64,000 nucleotides of DNA from NCBI GenBank assembly GCA_903851045.1, contig CAINNF010000015.1, positions 96,644 to 160,643 of the forward strand, read 5' to 3'. Position 1 is the stretch's first letter. Each line of letters opens with the position of its first letter. The DNA comes from Candidatus Adlerbacteria bacterium (GTDB taxonomy: Bacteria > Patescibacteriota > Minisyncoccia > Phycocordibacterales > SBAW01). The notes under the pieces were generated by a model, which was not told where the DNA came from, did not search any database, and saw only the letters and a list, made by a program, of their open reading frames with translations. Positions 1 through 10,423 of this stretch are shown piece after piece. Position numbers and translations under genes: made by a program.

Positions 1-888
1 GCATACGTTCCTCAGTATCTTATTTTTGTTCGCATCGAATATACGTATGATCTCTCGCTCGAGCGCACCAAGGTCGAGGGTGGGAAAGAGGTCTATGGCC
101 GCGGTGACCGTGTCACTGCGCAGCAGATCGGCAACCGCGCTCGCGCTGTTCAAAATGAGCGGTCCCGAGAGTCCAAAGTGAGTGAAAAGAAGCGACCCCC
201 GCTTAGAAAACACCTTCTTTCCACCGACCTGAAAGGTGATCTGCATGTTGGGGAGCGTCACTCCGGCAAGTTGCGTGACCCACTCTTCCTTGACCGCAAG
301 TGGCACGACGGTCGGCGTTGGGGTGACGATCGTGTGACCAAGTTCGCGCAGCCACGTGAAGCCATCGCCCGTCGAACCGGTCTCTGGGTGCGAAACGCTC
401 CCAGTGGAAAAGATGAAGGACCTCGCTTCGTGACGCTCCTTGCCGCAATGGACAGCCTTGATGCTGCCGTCGCTCATCTCGATACGAGTCACTGCGGTGC
501 CGAGCCGTAGTTCGACACCGCTCGATCGAACATACTCTTCGAGTACGCGCAGCACGTCCAGCGCGTTGAACGTGTGTGGGAACGCGCGTTTGCGTTCCTC
601 GACGACGAGCGGCAACCCGCGTGACTCGAAGAACTCGAACGTCTCGGCAACGCCGAACTGTGCAAAGAGCGAATATAAGAACTGCTCCGACGCGCCGTAG
701 GCCTTCGCGAACGTACGAACATCGAACTCTGCATTGGTTATGTTGCAGCGGCCATTGCCGGTTATCTTCAACTTCTCACCAAGCGATCTATTCTTCTCCA
801 GCAGGAGGACGCGCTGTCCCACCTCGGCAGCTCTCCCTGCAGCCATGAGTCCCGACGCACCTCCGCCTATCACGATACAGTCGTACAT
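1..888 (-). CDS. NAD(P)/FAD-dependent oxidoreductase, HI0933/BaiN family (runs off the window edge)
   Basis: Manual translation from ATG at 888: MYDCIVIGGGASGLMAA...GEKLKITGNGRCNITN...GSTGDG...LLFTHFGLSGP. The frame stays open to base 1. Confidence 0.93.
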   Translation of the reverse strand, partial: MYDCIVIGGGASGLMAAGRAAEVGQRVLLLEKNRSLGEKLKITGNGRCNITNAEFDVRTFAKAYGASEQFLYSLFAQFGVAETFEFFESRGLPLVVEERKRAFPHTFNALDVLRVLEEYVRSSGVELRLGTAVTRIEMSDGSIKAVHCGKERHEARSFIFSTGSVSHPETGSTGDGFTWLRELGHTIVTPTPTVVPLAVKEEWVTQLAGVTLPNMQITFQVGGKKVFSKRGSLLFTHFGLSGPLILNSASAVADLLRSDTVTAAIDLFPTLDLGALEREIIRIFDANKNKILRNVC

Positions 889-1200
889 TTATGAGAGATA
901 CTTCTGACTATAGCGGATCATCGCGGCTTCGATGATGCGGATACCTTTGCCTTTGTCGGTGAGCGTATACACTCCTTCGGGAGAACGGGTCAGCATCCCC
1001 TCTTTCTTCAATGTCTGGAGCTTGCGCGTAAGGGTGCGCGTCGAGATCCCCTCCAACCATCGGTCGAGTTCGTTGAAGCGTTTCGGGCCTTCGGTCAACG
1101 CACGCATGATGAGTATGGTCCACGTGTCGGAGAGGAGCTCCGCCGTACGAGTGATAGGACAGGTCGTCTTGCAGGGGGTTGTTATTTTCGTCTTAGCCAT
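889..1200 (-). CDS. HxlR-family winged-helix transcriptional regulator
   Basis: CPITRTAELLSDTWTILIMRAL..GPKRFNEL..ISTRTLTRKL..YTLTDKG. TATACT lies 6 nt before ATG 1200. Divergent from the LUD gene. Confidence 0.92.
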   Translation of the reverse strand: MAKTKITTPCKTTCPITRTAELLSDTWTILIMRALTEGPKRFNELDRWLEGISTRTLTRKLQTLKKEGMLTRSPEGVYTLTDKGKGIRIIEAAMIRYSQKYLS

Positions 1201-1287
1201 GGGGAGAGTATATACCACAATGAGCGGCTTTACAAAGTAAAGTATACGACATACACTGTATGTATATTCATTAAACATATATCTCAT

Positions 1288-1923
1288 ATGGATTCGACAC
1301 TTGCGCCTTCGGCGGCTCCGCTCGCTCTCACTACCAGTATCGACACGACCGTCACCGCGCTTATCGCCAACGGATACCACGCCGAAGCCCTCGACACGAA
1401 GGAAGAGGCGCTTACAAAAATTAAGGAGTATATCCCGCAGGGTGCGTCGGTCATGAACGGCGCATCGCAGACGCTCCAGGAGATCGGATTTGTCGACTAC
1501 CTGAAGTCCGGTACGCACGGGTGGAACAACCTCCACGAAGCAGTACTTGCCGAAAAGGACCCAGCGAAGCAGGCGATGTTACGCAAGCAGTCGGTCATCT
1601 CCGACTTCTATCTCGGTAGCGTGCACGCACTCTCCGAGACCGGTGAGATGGTCATAGCCTCCAACTCCGGCAGCCAACTCCCCCACCTCGCCTTCACCTC
1701 ACCCAACATCATCCTCGTCGTCGGCAAGCAGAAGATAACGCCAACACTCGAGGACGCGCTCAAGCGAGTCGAAGAGCACGTCATCCCACTGGAAGACGAA
1801 CGCATGAAAGGCGCCTACGGCTTCGGCACCCTCTGGGCCAAGACCCTCATCATGCACAAAGAAAACCCCGCCATCGGTCGTACGGTCCGAGTCCTAATAG
1901 TCAAAGAGTCGTTGGGGTTCTAG
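1288..1923 (+). CDS. LUD-domain (lactate utilisation LutC-like) protein
   Basis: GASQTL, DFYLGSVHALSETGEMVIASNSGSQ, VVGKQKI motifs. Confidence 0.85.
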   Translation: MDSTLAPSAAPLALTTSIDTTVTALIANGYHAEALDTKEEALTKIKEYIPQGASVMNGASQTLQEIGFVDYLKSGTHGWNNLHEAVLAEKDPAKQAMLRKQSVISDFYLGSVHALSETGEMVIASNSGSQLPHLAFTSPNIILVVGKQKITPTLEDALKRVEEHVIPLEDERMKGAYGFGTLWAKTLIMHKENPAIGRTVRVLIVKESLGF

Positions 1924-2053
1924 ACACATCGACGAAGAGATTTTCTTGACTTAGCCACAACGGAAATGTAATGTACTTTCCAGACTACAGAACTTGGTGA
2001 TATATAGTTCGTAGCCTATATACCATCACAAACACCCAAAAAGGAGACTGCCG

Positions 2054-2560
2054 ATGCGTCGTCTGTCCATCGTTTTAATTGCCCTGGTTATGAGTTGGTT
2101 GACTTCGTCACCTACGAAAGCCGCACCTGAACCTGGGTGCACCACCTTCATGAAAAGTGACCACTTCTTTGCATTTTCCGTAGACGGGTTTCAGCATGTG
2201 CGAGAGGATCTGTACCACGTTCGTGATGGCAACCTTATCATACTGGACTCAAGACTGTTTGACGCTTCTCCAGTAAAAAAAGCTATGGAGGATTACGCTA
2301 TTGCGTGCATTACGGGAAGCGTTCGAATACAAGCGTTGCCATCGATCATATCTTTGACAGAAAAACACCCCCGTCCTGTTCTTCTTCCAGACCCGGCAAC
2401 CTGGGAAGGTGTCAGAGATCTTGTGGTGCAAGGGAGGTTGATTGTCTTGTATGATCAATTCATTCTGGATCCGCACTTCCAACAGGCGGTCGCTGATCGT
2501 ATCGAAAGCGCCATTGTACAACCGTCCTCACAGAATCTCGTACACCAACCCGTACACTAA
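2054..2560 (+). CDS. hypothetical secreted protein
   Basis: AAGGAG SD, signal-peptide-like N-terminus, downstream hairpin. Confidence 0.6.
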   Translation: MRRLSIVLIALVMSWLTSSPTKAAPEPGCTTFMKSDHFFAFSVDGFQHVREDLYHVRDGNLIILDSRLFDASPVKKAMEDYAIACITGSVRIQALPSIISLTEKHPRPVLLPDPATWEGVRDLVVQGRLIVLYDQFILDPHFQQAVADRIESAIVQPSSQNLVHQPVH

Positions 2561-2608
2561 AGAGACAGCGTCAGTTCTCCAACTCTTACTAGTTGCGTGT
2601 ACAAACAC

Positions 2609-2631
2609 GGCGCAGGAAAAAATCCTGCGCC
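2609..2631. terminator. intrinsic terminator hairpin between convergent genes
   Basis: GGCGCAGGA-aaaaa-TCCTGCGCC. Confidence 0.7.
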
Positions 2632-2649
2632 ATTTTCATAATACACCGC

Positions 2650-3123
2650 TTACTGATTAAGCAGCGCGACCATCAGGTTTAAGTAGCCAGCGAAGGAGAC
2701 CCAGGCGATGTAGGGGGCAAGGAGCCAGCTCGAAACAGGGTCAATGTTGTAGAAGCGCACTGTCGTAAGTACTAGCAACACCCAAAGCACGACGAGGCAG
2801 GCAAAGGCTGCGGCGGGTGCGTGGAGACCAAAGAAGATGAGCGACCAGAGAGTGTTGACCAAGAGTTGGAGCGCGTACAGGGCGAGCGCATCCCGTATCT
2901 TCTTCGTCCGACGACCTTTCGTATACACGCGCCATGCAGCGACAGCCATGAGCGCGTACAGTATCGTCCACACCGGACCAAAGACCCAGTTAGGCGGGTT
3001 GAGCGGCGACTTCGCCAGTGTTGAGTACCACCCAAGGATTTCGGACATGGTGAAGTACGACCCCACTGCCGCCATGCCATAGGTGAACCCGAGTGACACC
3101 AGCAGTGATGTGAACTTGTTCAT
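2650..3123 (-). CDS. tspO: TspO/MBR tryptophan-rich sensory protein
   Basis: WYSTLAKSPLNPPNWVFGPVWTILY, LAPYIAWVSFAGYLN. Confidence 0.95.
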   Translation of the reverse strand: MNKFTSLLVSLGFTYGMAAVGSYFTMSEILGWYSTLAKSPLNPPNWVFGPVWTILYALMAVAAWRVYTKGRRTKKIRDALALYALQLLVNTLWSLIFFGLHAPAAAFACLVVLWVLLVLTTVRFYNIDPVSSWLLAPYIAWVSFAGYLNLMVALLNQ

Positions 3124-3124
3124 G

Positions 3125-3886
3125 TTACTTCTTTGAATCACCGCGGATCATTTGGATAGCTTCCTGTACCGTCGTCATGAATTGTGCGGGAAAGATGATG
3201 GTCGAATTCTTCTCGACCGAGATCTCCGCCATGGTCTGGAGCGTGCGCAGTTGAAGCGCGACCGGGTGCGCCGAAATAAGGTCCGCTGCCTCGCCGAGCT
3301 TCTGTGCTGCCTGCATCTCGCCTTCGGCGGCGACTATCTTGGCGCGACGCTCACGCTCGGCTTCGGCCTCCTTCGCCATCGCACGCTGCATGTTCTCTGG
3401 GAGCGTGATGTCTTTGATCTCCACCGCGGTTACCTGCGCCCCCCACGGCTCGGTGTGCTGGTCTATCACATCCTTGATCTGCGCATTGATCTTGCCGGTC
3501 TGCGACAAGAGTTCGTCGAGCATGAACTGGCCGACCACGTTGCGCACCGTCGTCTGACTGATCTGGTTGACCGCATCATACACGTTCTCGATAGCGATGA
3601 CCGACTTCTGTGGGTCGACGATCTTGTAGTATGCGACCGCCGCGATATCAATCGAGACGTTGTCTTTAGTGATAATCTTTTGCGACGGGATATTCATCGT
3701 GATGGTGCGCAGTGTCACCTTCGTCATCATCTCGAAGATCGGGATGAGAATAATCAGCCCCGGCCCCCGCACGCCCGTCACCTTGCCGAGAAAAAAGATC
3801 ACTCCACGGTCATACTCCTTCACCACGCGCAACGAAAACACCAGGAACAAAATAATAAGCCCCACGACGATTGGTAGCCATTCCAT
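3125..3886 (-). CDS. SPFH/band-7 (slipin/stomatin-like) membrane protein
   Basis: [38 protein letters not shown]. Confidence 0.95.
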   Translation of the reverse strand: MEWLPIVVGLIILFLVFSLRVVKEYDRGVIFFLGKVTGVRGPGLIILIPIFEMMTKVTLRTITMNIPSQKIITKDNVSIDIAAVAYYKIVDPQKSVIAIENVYDAVNQISQTTVRNVVGQFMLDELLSQTGKINAQIKDVIDQHTEPWGAQVTAVEIKDITLPENMQRAMAKEAEAERERRAKIVAAEGEMQAAQKLGEAADLISAHPVALQLRTLQTMAEISVEKNSTIIFPAQFMTTVQEAIQMIRGDSKK

Positions 3887-3929
3887 ATGACACCAGTATA
3901 CCACCGCATTCGAAGCCTTCTTACCCATC

Positions 3930-3957
3930 AAAACCCCGGCACGTGTGCCGGGGTTTT
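3930..3957. terminator. bidirectional intrinsic terminator
   Basis: AAAACCCCGGCAC-gt-GTGCCGGGGTTTT. Confidence 0.75.
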
Positions 3958-3975
3958 GATGAGTGTATGAGAGAA

Positions 3976-5232
3976 TTACCAGTGCCAGCCGTGTCGCTTG
4001 ACGGGTGTCTGCACGGGAGGGGTGGGCGTCACTGGCTTGGTGACCTTCGACCACTTATCATCATCCTTGCGCCCAAAGAAGTCGAAGTGACCAGTAAAGA
4101 AGTTCTTCCAGTATCCGTACGCATGACCCTTGGGCGACTTGGTCGTCTTGCTCGTGCTCGAGGCGTTCGCGAAGTTGAGCACTCCTGTCGGGCTTGCCGA
4201 GCTCACTGTGACCGACGCATCCGAAGTGGTCTGCTGCCAGCTACCCATATTCACTTCCTCGACATAGTACGTGCCGAAGGCAAGGTTGGGGAAGGTATAC
4301 ACACCGCTTGCGTTCGTGGTTGCGGTCGCGACCACTGCTCCACTGTTTGAGGTGCCGCTGTACAGGTTGATAGTGAATCCTAAGATACCCGGCTCACCTG
4401 CGGTGAGCGCGTAGTCTTTATTGAGATCATTGAAGACCGTACCACTGATAGAGCCGGTGCCGGTCGGAGGAGTGACCGGTGTCGTGGTCACGGTGAGCAC
4501 TTCGCTCCCGCAGGTGCTCGTGGCGGCCGCATTTTGTGCGTCACCCGAGTAGACCACTTGCCAGTAGTACGTGCCAGCGGTGCCGAAGACCAACGAGCTT
4601 GAGTTCGGAACGGTCGCGTTCGCAACGGTTACGGTACCCGCATTCTGTACACCGAGGGTACACGCACTGTCGGTATAGACCTTGTAGTTGACCGTGCCGC
4701 CCGCAGTGTTGGTGACACCCGAGAGCGTCGCACCATCGAAGACACTGCTGCCGGTCAACACGCTCGACGCCGAAAGCGTGGTCGACACCGATACGCTCGA
4801 AGAGGTCGGCACCACCGCAACACACTGACTATCGGCGACCGTCGTGCTCGCATCTCCGTTGTAGTGGACAGTATACGAGAGTCCCGAAGCACCCAAGGTC
4901 GTTGTGGCAGACTGTGCCGACCCATTCACGAGCGCGACTCCCGACTGGGTCGTCGGTGTGCCCACACAGGTCGTATTGTTGAACAGGTTAAAATTGACGG
5001 TACCAGTGGGAGCCGTCGAAGCGGTCGATGACGCGACCGTCGTGCTCGCGCTCAAAGCGGTCCCGATAGGGGCCGTGGTGACGACCACATTACTGCCGTT
5101 GTGTACTGAAACCGTGACCGAGGGGCCGACGCTCGCGTGCGCGAAACTGGCGAGTGCCAGGCATCCACCGACCGCAAGTCCGGCGATACTAAGAAAGACC
5201 AAGAACGATGAGGCTCGATGACTTGTGTTCAT
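3976..5232 (-). CDS. secreted Ser/Thr-rich protein with Ig-like repeats and an SdrD-B-like domain
   Basis: Signal peptide; two beta-rich repeats; [37 protein letters not shown]. Confidence 0.8.
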   Translation of the reverse strand: MNTSHRASSFLVFLSIAGLAVGGCLALASFAHASVGPSVTVSVHNGSNVVVTTAPIGTALSASTTVASSTASTAPTGTVNFNLFNNTTCVGTPTTQSGVALVNGSAQSATTTLGASGLSYTVHYNGDASTTVADSQCVAVVPTSSSVSVSTTLSASSVLTGSSVFDGATLSGVTNTAGGTVNYKVYTDSACTLGVQNAGTVTVANATVPNSSSLVFGTAGTYYWQVVYSGDAQNAAATSTCGSEVLTVTTTPVTPPTGTGSISGTVFNDLNKDYALTAGEPGILGFTINLYSGTSNSGAVVATATTNASGVYTFPNLAFGTYYVEEVNMGSWQQTTSDASVTVSSASPTGVLNFANASSTSKTTKSPKGHAYGYWKNFFTGHFDFFGRKDDDKWSKVTKPVTPTPPVQTPVKRHGWHW

Positions 5233-5362
5233 ATGAATAAGTAATTAATTATATATAGCTACGGATAATGGTTGATACACAGGAACGGTTCTTGCAGATA
5301 TGACGAGTGGCCTACCTCCTCCTTACCATCACACGATAGTGGAATAAACAATACGCTTGGCG

Positions 5363-5953
5363 TCAATTCCCCAGCATCGACCGAACAGCCTCCAGCCTAT
5401 CTCGCAATTCTTGTACCATAGGATCGTGTATCCGCTTCTCTACCACCCTTACCGCCTCATCATAGAACCACAGCTTCCCCTCTGGGGCATTAAAACGACA
5501 CCAGAACGCATCACCCTCGTCGGCGATCCCGTCCTCCATCGATAGCAAGTTATGGATCTTGTCGGCAATGGACACGAGCATCGACTCTTCCGGTGACGTT
5601 TCAAGATGCGCAAGATACTTCAGTTTACGCTCTTTCCAGCCGATCTTTTCATCAAGACCCGACATCGGATCCTTTTCTTCCGTCACCCCGCGGACGATAT
5701 CGAGCACCCGTGCTCCGAACGACTCCGCAATCAACAGCTCCTTTTCCGCATAGGGCAGCTTCACATCTTCGAGCACGTCGTGGAGCAGCGCCGCGATGAG
5801 GATGTCCTCGTCGCTCGTGTAGTGAGAAAGGATGCACATCACCGCAACAGGATGCATGATATACGGCGTCCGCATAGCATCCTTACGCACCTGTCCGTGG
5901 TGTAGTTGGGTCGCGAGCTTGAGCGCTTGATCGATGCGTTTCGTATATTGCAT
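5363..5953 (-). CDS. HD-domain protein, SpoT/Mesh1-like small alarmone hydrolase
   Basis: HHGQVRK..PYIMHP..AALLHDVLED..ADKIHN. Confidence 0.85.
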   Translation of the reverse strand: MQYTKRIDQALKLATQLHHGQVRKDAMRTPYIMHPVAVMCILSHYTSDEDILIAALLHDVLEDVKLPYAEKELLIAESFGARVLDIVRGVTEEKDPMSGLDEKIGWKERKLKYLAHLETSPEESMLVSIADKIHNLLSMEDGIADEGDAFWCRFNAPEGKLWFYDEAVRVVEKRIHDPMVQELRDRLEAVRSMLGN

Positions 5954-5991
5954 AGGTTCGTTCGTTCAGTATATACGCAGCACACACCACC

Positions 5992-6897
5992 CTACAATCC
6001 GCATTCTGTCTTGAGCTCTTGGAGATCTTCGGTGCTGAGCGCGAGACTGGAACTTTGATTCACCGGACTCATGATCGAGTCAGGGTCGCTGTCGTGTGCA
6101 AGCCCAAGCGCATGCCCAAGCTCGTGCGCGATGACCCGGACGAACGCGGTCTTCGTGTCGAACTGATATATGTCGATCCTCCTTCCTTGTTCATCGGAGA
6201 TATACACCCCCTCTTCGAACTGGGTCCCGGCCAACCCGTCGGAGTTGAACGTCTGTACGTTCGCGTTCACCTGGTCGACCAGAGTATTGTAGTTGTCGAC
6301 CAGTGCGTTCGTCTCTTGCGCTAATTGGTTCACCGCTTGTCGCTTCGTTTCAAGAACGTTCTGCTCGGTCTGGAGCGCCTGTTTCTCTCCTGTTAGTGCC
6401 GCGTATTCGCTCTTCGACGCACCTCCTCGACCATTCGCTGCCTGTACACGGGCATTGTACGCATCTTGCGCCTGGGTGAACCGCGCAAGTTCGCTCGAAT
6501 ACGCCGACTGCGCGGCTTGGTACTTCGCTTGACTAGCCTGATACTGCGCCTTTGCTTGTGCGGCCGTCTGACTCTTCTCATTAATAGTCGTGCGCAGCTT
6601 ACTCTCTGCCTGTGTCGCCTGCTGTCGCGTGTCATAGACCAGGTTGATGGTCACCTCCCCCCTTGGGTCGTACACGAACAACGGCTTGTCTATGGCAGTG
6701 CTCCAGATGCCGCTCGCCTGATCGATATCGCTCAAGAACTGGCTCTGCGACACACCGAACCGAGGATCGATCGTGCCGATCTTATATGAAATGGGGGCCA
6801 CGCACGGACGGTGTGACTCGTGATACCAATATACATATACCGCGACCACCACAAGCAGAAGCAACCACCACACATCTTGTTTGTTGAAAAAACTCAT
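5992..6897 (-). CDS. matrixin-family (M10) zinc metalloprotease with coiled-coil insert
   Basis: HELGHALGLAH plus Met-turn SIM; N-terminal TM helix. Confidence 0.9.
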   Translation of the reverse strand: MSFFNKQDVWWLLLLVVVAVYVYWYHESHRPCVAPISYKIGTIDPRFGVSQSQFLSDIDQASGIWSTAIDKPLFVYDPRGEVTINLVYDTRQQATQAESKLRTTINEKSQTAAQAKAQYQASQAKYQAAQSAYSSELARFTQAQDAYNARVQAANGRGGASKSEYAALTGEKQALQTEQNVLETKRQAVNQLAQETNALVDNYNTLVDQVNANVQTFNSDGLAGTQFEEGVYISDEQGRRIDIYQFDTKTAFVRVIAHELGHALGLAHDSDPDSIMSPVNQSSSLALSTEDLQELKTECGL

Positions 6898-6919
6898 ACG
6901 TCCCTATATTCTAGCGCGT

Positions 6920-7162
6920 CTATCGCTTCAGCATCGACCCGGTCTCGAACGCATTGCGTACCCACGAGATTTTGCCGACGTACGGCCCGAGTATACCGAG
7001 CGCGATGGTCGCAATGATAGCAGACCCGACAAAAAAGCCGACGCCGTACACCACCCCCACATAAAAGACGCGTTTGACAGAATTCTGTCGCGCGAGCTGG
7101 TTGTTCACACCCTCAAGAAGCTCGATGACCCGGTCCATTGGTGTACCTTCCTCACTATCCAT
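6920..7162 (-). CDS. small membrane protein (DUF5665-like)
   Basis: FYVGVVYGVGFFVGSAII hydrophobic segment; start taken at MDSEE. Confidence 0.65.
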   Translation of the reverse strand: MDSEEGTPMDRVIELLEGVNNQLARQNSVKRVFYVGVVYGVGFFVGSAIIATIALGILGPYVGKISWVRNAFETGSMLKR

Positions 7163-7258
7163 GAGCCACAGTATAGCATCCTTGACACAGGCTTCTTTGA
7201 AAAAACCAGCTCCGGTGGTATGGTACCTGTGCGGGACGAATAACAGGAGTAGACCACG

Positions 7259-7480
7259 ATGCAGACCGATACTGTCGGTACAATCACTTCGATTTGGGAG
7301 ACTGGCCACAACGGTCCACCCATTGAACCATTGGACATACACCGCAGGGATAGCTTGATACGTCCTGGCCCTGCGGGCCGTTGCCGCTGTACACATTGCT
7401 CTGCAGGCGCATCCACGCGAATGATGCAGCTCGGAGCAGAAATAGCGAAAGAGATGGGATTGCTCACCAGACAAACCTAA
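7259..7480 (+). CDS. small hypothetical protein with CxCxxC motif
   Basis: CAGGAG SD before ATG; terminator hairpin at 7493-7521. Confidence 0.45.
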   Translation: MQTDTVGTITSIWETGHNGPPIEPLDIHRRDSLIRPGPAGRCRCTHCSAGASTRMMQLGAEIAKEMGLLTRQT

Positions 7481-7492
7481 CGTTCCCACCTC

Positions 7493-7521
7493 AAGCCGCA
7501 GGACACGTCCTGCGGCTTTTT
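7493..7521. terminator. intrinsic terminator
   Basis: AAGCCGCAGGAC-ac-GTCCTGCGGCTTTTT. Confidence 0.75.
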
Positions 7522-7523
7522 CA

Positions 7524-8045
7524 TTACTCCAGATCTTTGAGCGGAAGACCGTTGATGTAATCAGCTTTACCGACCGCAACACCATTCTTGCGCACGATAG
7601 CGTACGCAACGGTGACATGAAACAGGAAGTTCGGCACCGCATACTCCAACGCATATTCCGCTCCCGTCATGTACTTGCCGGGGAAATATGGCAGTGTCAC
7701 CCTTCTCTCGGCGGCACCTTCGAAATCTTTTTCGGTTGCCGTCTTGATGAACGCAAGAGTGTCGTCGATACGTGTCTGGAGCGCAGCGAACGTTGTTTCA
7801 GTATCCTGCATCACGACGTTCTCTCTGTTCGTGAGACGAACTATCGCACCTTTCGCGTTATCACATGCGACCTGAACCTGCTTCTTCAGAGGAAACATAT
7901 CCGGTGCGAGCGCATCGTTCAAAAACACCTCCTCGCTGATACCAACCTCCTTCGCGCGACGCTCAGCCTTCATGAGCACCCCCTTAAGCCCACCGAGCAT
8001 CTTCGTGAATAGAGGCACGGTGACCACATATGTCGTATGTTGCAT
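7524..8045 (-). CDS. DUF1993 (DinB-like) protein
   Basis: LAPDMFPLKKQVQVACDNAK, PNFLFHVTVAYAIVRKNGVAVGKADY. Confidence 0.93.
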   Translation of the reverse strand: MQHTTYVVTVPLFTKMLGGLKGVLMKAERRAKEVGISEEVFLNDALAPDMFPLKKQVQVACDNAKGAIVRLTNRENVVMQDTETTFAALQTRIDDTLAFIKTATEKDFEGAAERRVTLPYFPGKYMTGAEYALEYAVPNFLFHVTVAYAIVRKNGVAVGKADYINGLPLKDLE

Positions 8046-8211
8046 CGGTACAGTATAGCAACAGGTGGGTAGTTTACAAATGAAAGCGGTCGGCCCATGG
8101 ATGACATTGACAGCTACATAGAAACATACTACTCTCTAGCGAGATCTGGGAATGTTCCTCGATCACAACCCACCATCCCCTGCATTGGCGGGGGTAGGAA
8201 AGGAAAGAATC

Positions 8212-8595
8212 ATGTCCGCTTCGCCAACCGCCGACCAACTCGTCGGTATTCTGAAAGACACGATCATTGCGCTCGTGCGGCGCGACGGTCCGGACCTGTC
8301 GGCCCGACAGCTGGGCGTGTTCCTGACCTGCTACCTGCAGGATGGAGCCCAGACCGTTCGCGGCCTGGCTGCCACACTGAACGTGTCGAAGCCAGCGGTG
8401 ACCCGAGCCCTGGATCGCCTTGGCGAACTCGACCTGGCCCGCCGCAAGGTGGACCCGCTGGATCGCCGCAGCGTCCTGGTGCAGCGCACCGCAAGAGGCT
8501 CACAGTTCCTGCGCGACCTGCGCGGCATTATGACCGAAGCTGCAGCTGGCGCGAAAAAATCCGGCAGCGAGACCCTCACTCGCAAGACCGCCTAA
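8212..8595 (+). CDS. MarR-family transcriptional regulator
   Basis: DLSARQLGV..TVRGLAATLNVSKPAVTRALDRL..DPLDRRSVLVQRT. Confidence 0.93.
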   Translation: MSASPTADQLVGILKDTIIALVRRDGPDLSARQLGVFLTCYLQDGAQTVRGLAATLNVSKPAVTRALDRLGELDLARRKVDPLDRRSVLVQRTARGSQFLRDLRGIMTEAAAGAKKSGSETLTRKTA

Positions 8596-8671
8596 GCTCA
8601 AGACAGGCCGCACCCGGGACAGCAATATGCCCCGGGTGCGCCAACGAAGATCCGACACTCGTCGGATCTTT

Positions 8672-9058
8672 TTAGTTCAAAAACCCCTGCGGCTGGACCA
8701 CACTTGTAGTCTGCGAAGCGAACACGCTGGTACTCACAGACGCACCAGTACTATCTGGAACAATCGAGACACTGCTCGGCACAACGACACTACTATTGTT
8801 TGTTGTACTAGTAGCAGGAGCGGTCGAGTGAGTGGTGGAAGTTTGACTCGCCTCCACCAACCCTCTACCGTGTGACGGTTTTTCTATCACCACGTTAACA
8901 ACGAAAGGTGTGGCCCCGGCGCCTGACCCGTGCGAACCCCGATTCCCCTCTCGGTGGTTCATACCAAACCCCGGACCTGCCGCAAAAGCGGTGCTACTGA
9001 GCACTACCGAACCGAGAACAACGGAAAAAACAACAAAACACGCTGATTGGCGCTTCAT
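8672..9058 (-). CDS. hypothetical secreted Ser/Thr-rich protein
   Basis: Signal peptide ending AFA; low-complexity tail. Confidence 0.55.
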   Translation of the reverse strand: MKRQSACFVVFSVVLGSVVLSSTAFAAGPGFGMNHREGNRGSHGSGAGATPFVVNVVIEKPSHGRGLVEASQTSTTHSTAPATSTTNNSSVVVPSSVSIVPDSTGASVSTSVFASQTTSVVQPQGFLN

Positions 9059-9146
9059 GTGATGCGGATGAATTATTTAGAGATTAGTAAGACGGTCCGA
9101 AGACCTGCAAGTATGTGTACGCGACCACGCGTCTCCTTGGTGCACG

Positions 9147-10376
9147 TTATTCTTTCCAATATATCTTTTGCAATAAGGCAAATGTTTTCGCACCCACGCC
9201 ATTCTCGTTCTCGATAGCGTTCTTTTTTTGGAATGTGACGATCGCCGCGCGAGTACATGCACCAAACGCCCCACTGTGCGGACAACTGTGTAAACTTTTT
9301 CCCGCGGGTGGAAAATCGCCATCCATCAGCAAAGCGGTCTGCAGTGCGTAGGTGTCTTTTGGGTCGGCATCCACGCCCGCCACTGGCGTGCGCCACGCGT
9401 ACAACGTCGAAGGGTCATACGAGTCGGTCGATGTGGTCGATGCATGTCGAGTAAAAAAATCTTGTACACCAAGATACGTCTGGTACGCGAGATCCTGTAG
9501 CGCGAGCGACCGTACCTTCGCATTCGCGAACTGCGGCTGATAGATGTAGTCGTATTCGATAAGCATCGTCGCCGAGCCCGCGGTGTTGTGGGCGCCTACC
9601 GCGATGAGTTGCGGGTCCTCTATGACACCACCGGACTCTTCCGGGAGATTACTTACCGGGTTATACATCGACAGTCGTCGTAGTATCGAAGTGGCGACAG
9701 CTTTCGATGTGGCACTATTGTCGTACTGCTGCGCCGGAACATAGATCGCCACACCGGAGTATGGACCCGGTGCACTGAGGCGGGGACGATCATGGTCGTT
9801 GAAGTGTAGGTGCAGCGTTATATCGATAGCGTTCTCATCCGCCCACTTCGTAATGCCGTAGAGTCTGAGCGCCACATTGGTCGGCGCACTGAGATGGTCG
9901 ACGAGCGGTAAGGTGTCGAGTCCGAGACTCGCCGCACTTTGCCGTGCTGCAGCATCCCACACCTCGATTGCATCCTTGTTCTCGGTGAAGTATCGCGCGA
10001 AGATTGGATTCCATGCGAACGCGTCCCTGGTCATGATGGTCGTGTAATTCCCCTGGGTATCCATGTACCTCTGGAGGTACTGTGCGATCTCGACGACCAT
10101 GTCGTGTTCTTTCGCGCCATGGAACTCCGCTCCACCCGAACCGGGCTCGTGCCCAGGAACGATCAGTACCCGTGTCTTCTTTGAAGAAGTCACCGCATCG
10201 TAGTTGGCATACAGGTCTGCGACCGATACCGGAGCGCTTGCGTATGCCGCAGATGCGGGACTACCGTCAAAGAACGGAACCGCGACACGTGGAGCGATGA
10301 AATAAAAAAAGACGTACCCGAAGGCACTCGACACGATGAGCACCGTTGTAAGTGAGAATGATCGACGCATGACCAT
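9147..10376 (-). CDS. N-acetylmuramoyl-L-alanine amidase (Amidase_3) with C-terminal peptidoglycan-binding domain
   Basis: VPGHE, LHLHFND, LIEY; C-terminal FGACTRAAIVTFQKKN..GVGAKT. Confidence 0.88.
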   Translation of the reverse strand: MVMRRSFSLTTVLIVSSAFGYVFFYFIAPRVAVPFFDGSPASAAYASAPVSVADLYANYDAVTSSKKTRVLIVPGHEPGSGGAEFHGAKEHDMVVEIAQYLQRYMDTQGNYTTIMTRDAFAWNPIFARYFTENKDAIEVWDAAARQSAASLGLDTLPLVDHLSAPTNVALRLYGITKWADENAIDITLHLHFNDHDRPRLSAPGPYSGVAIYVPAQQYDNSATSKAVATSILRRLSMYNPVSNLPEESGGVIEDPQLIAVGAHNTAGSATMLIEYDYIYQPQFANAKVRSLALQDLAYQTYLGVQDFFTRHASTTSTDSYDPSTLYAWRTPVAGVDADPKDTYALQTALLMDGDFPPAGKSLHSCPHSGAFGACTRAAIVTFQKKNAIENENGVGAKTFALLQKIYWKE

Positions 10377-10423
10377 GCTCCCTGCGGAGACTTCTCGTAT
10401 TGTACCAGTACTTACATACTATA

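Noticed and set aside
889-1536. Long N-terminal extensions in the ORF track (also 3125-4054, 6920-7654, 49306-50142)
   Set aside because: They overlap neighbouring genes; internal ATGs match family starts and mostly follow TATACT-like boxes.
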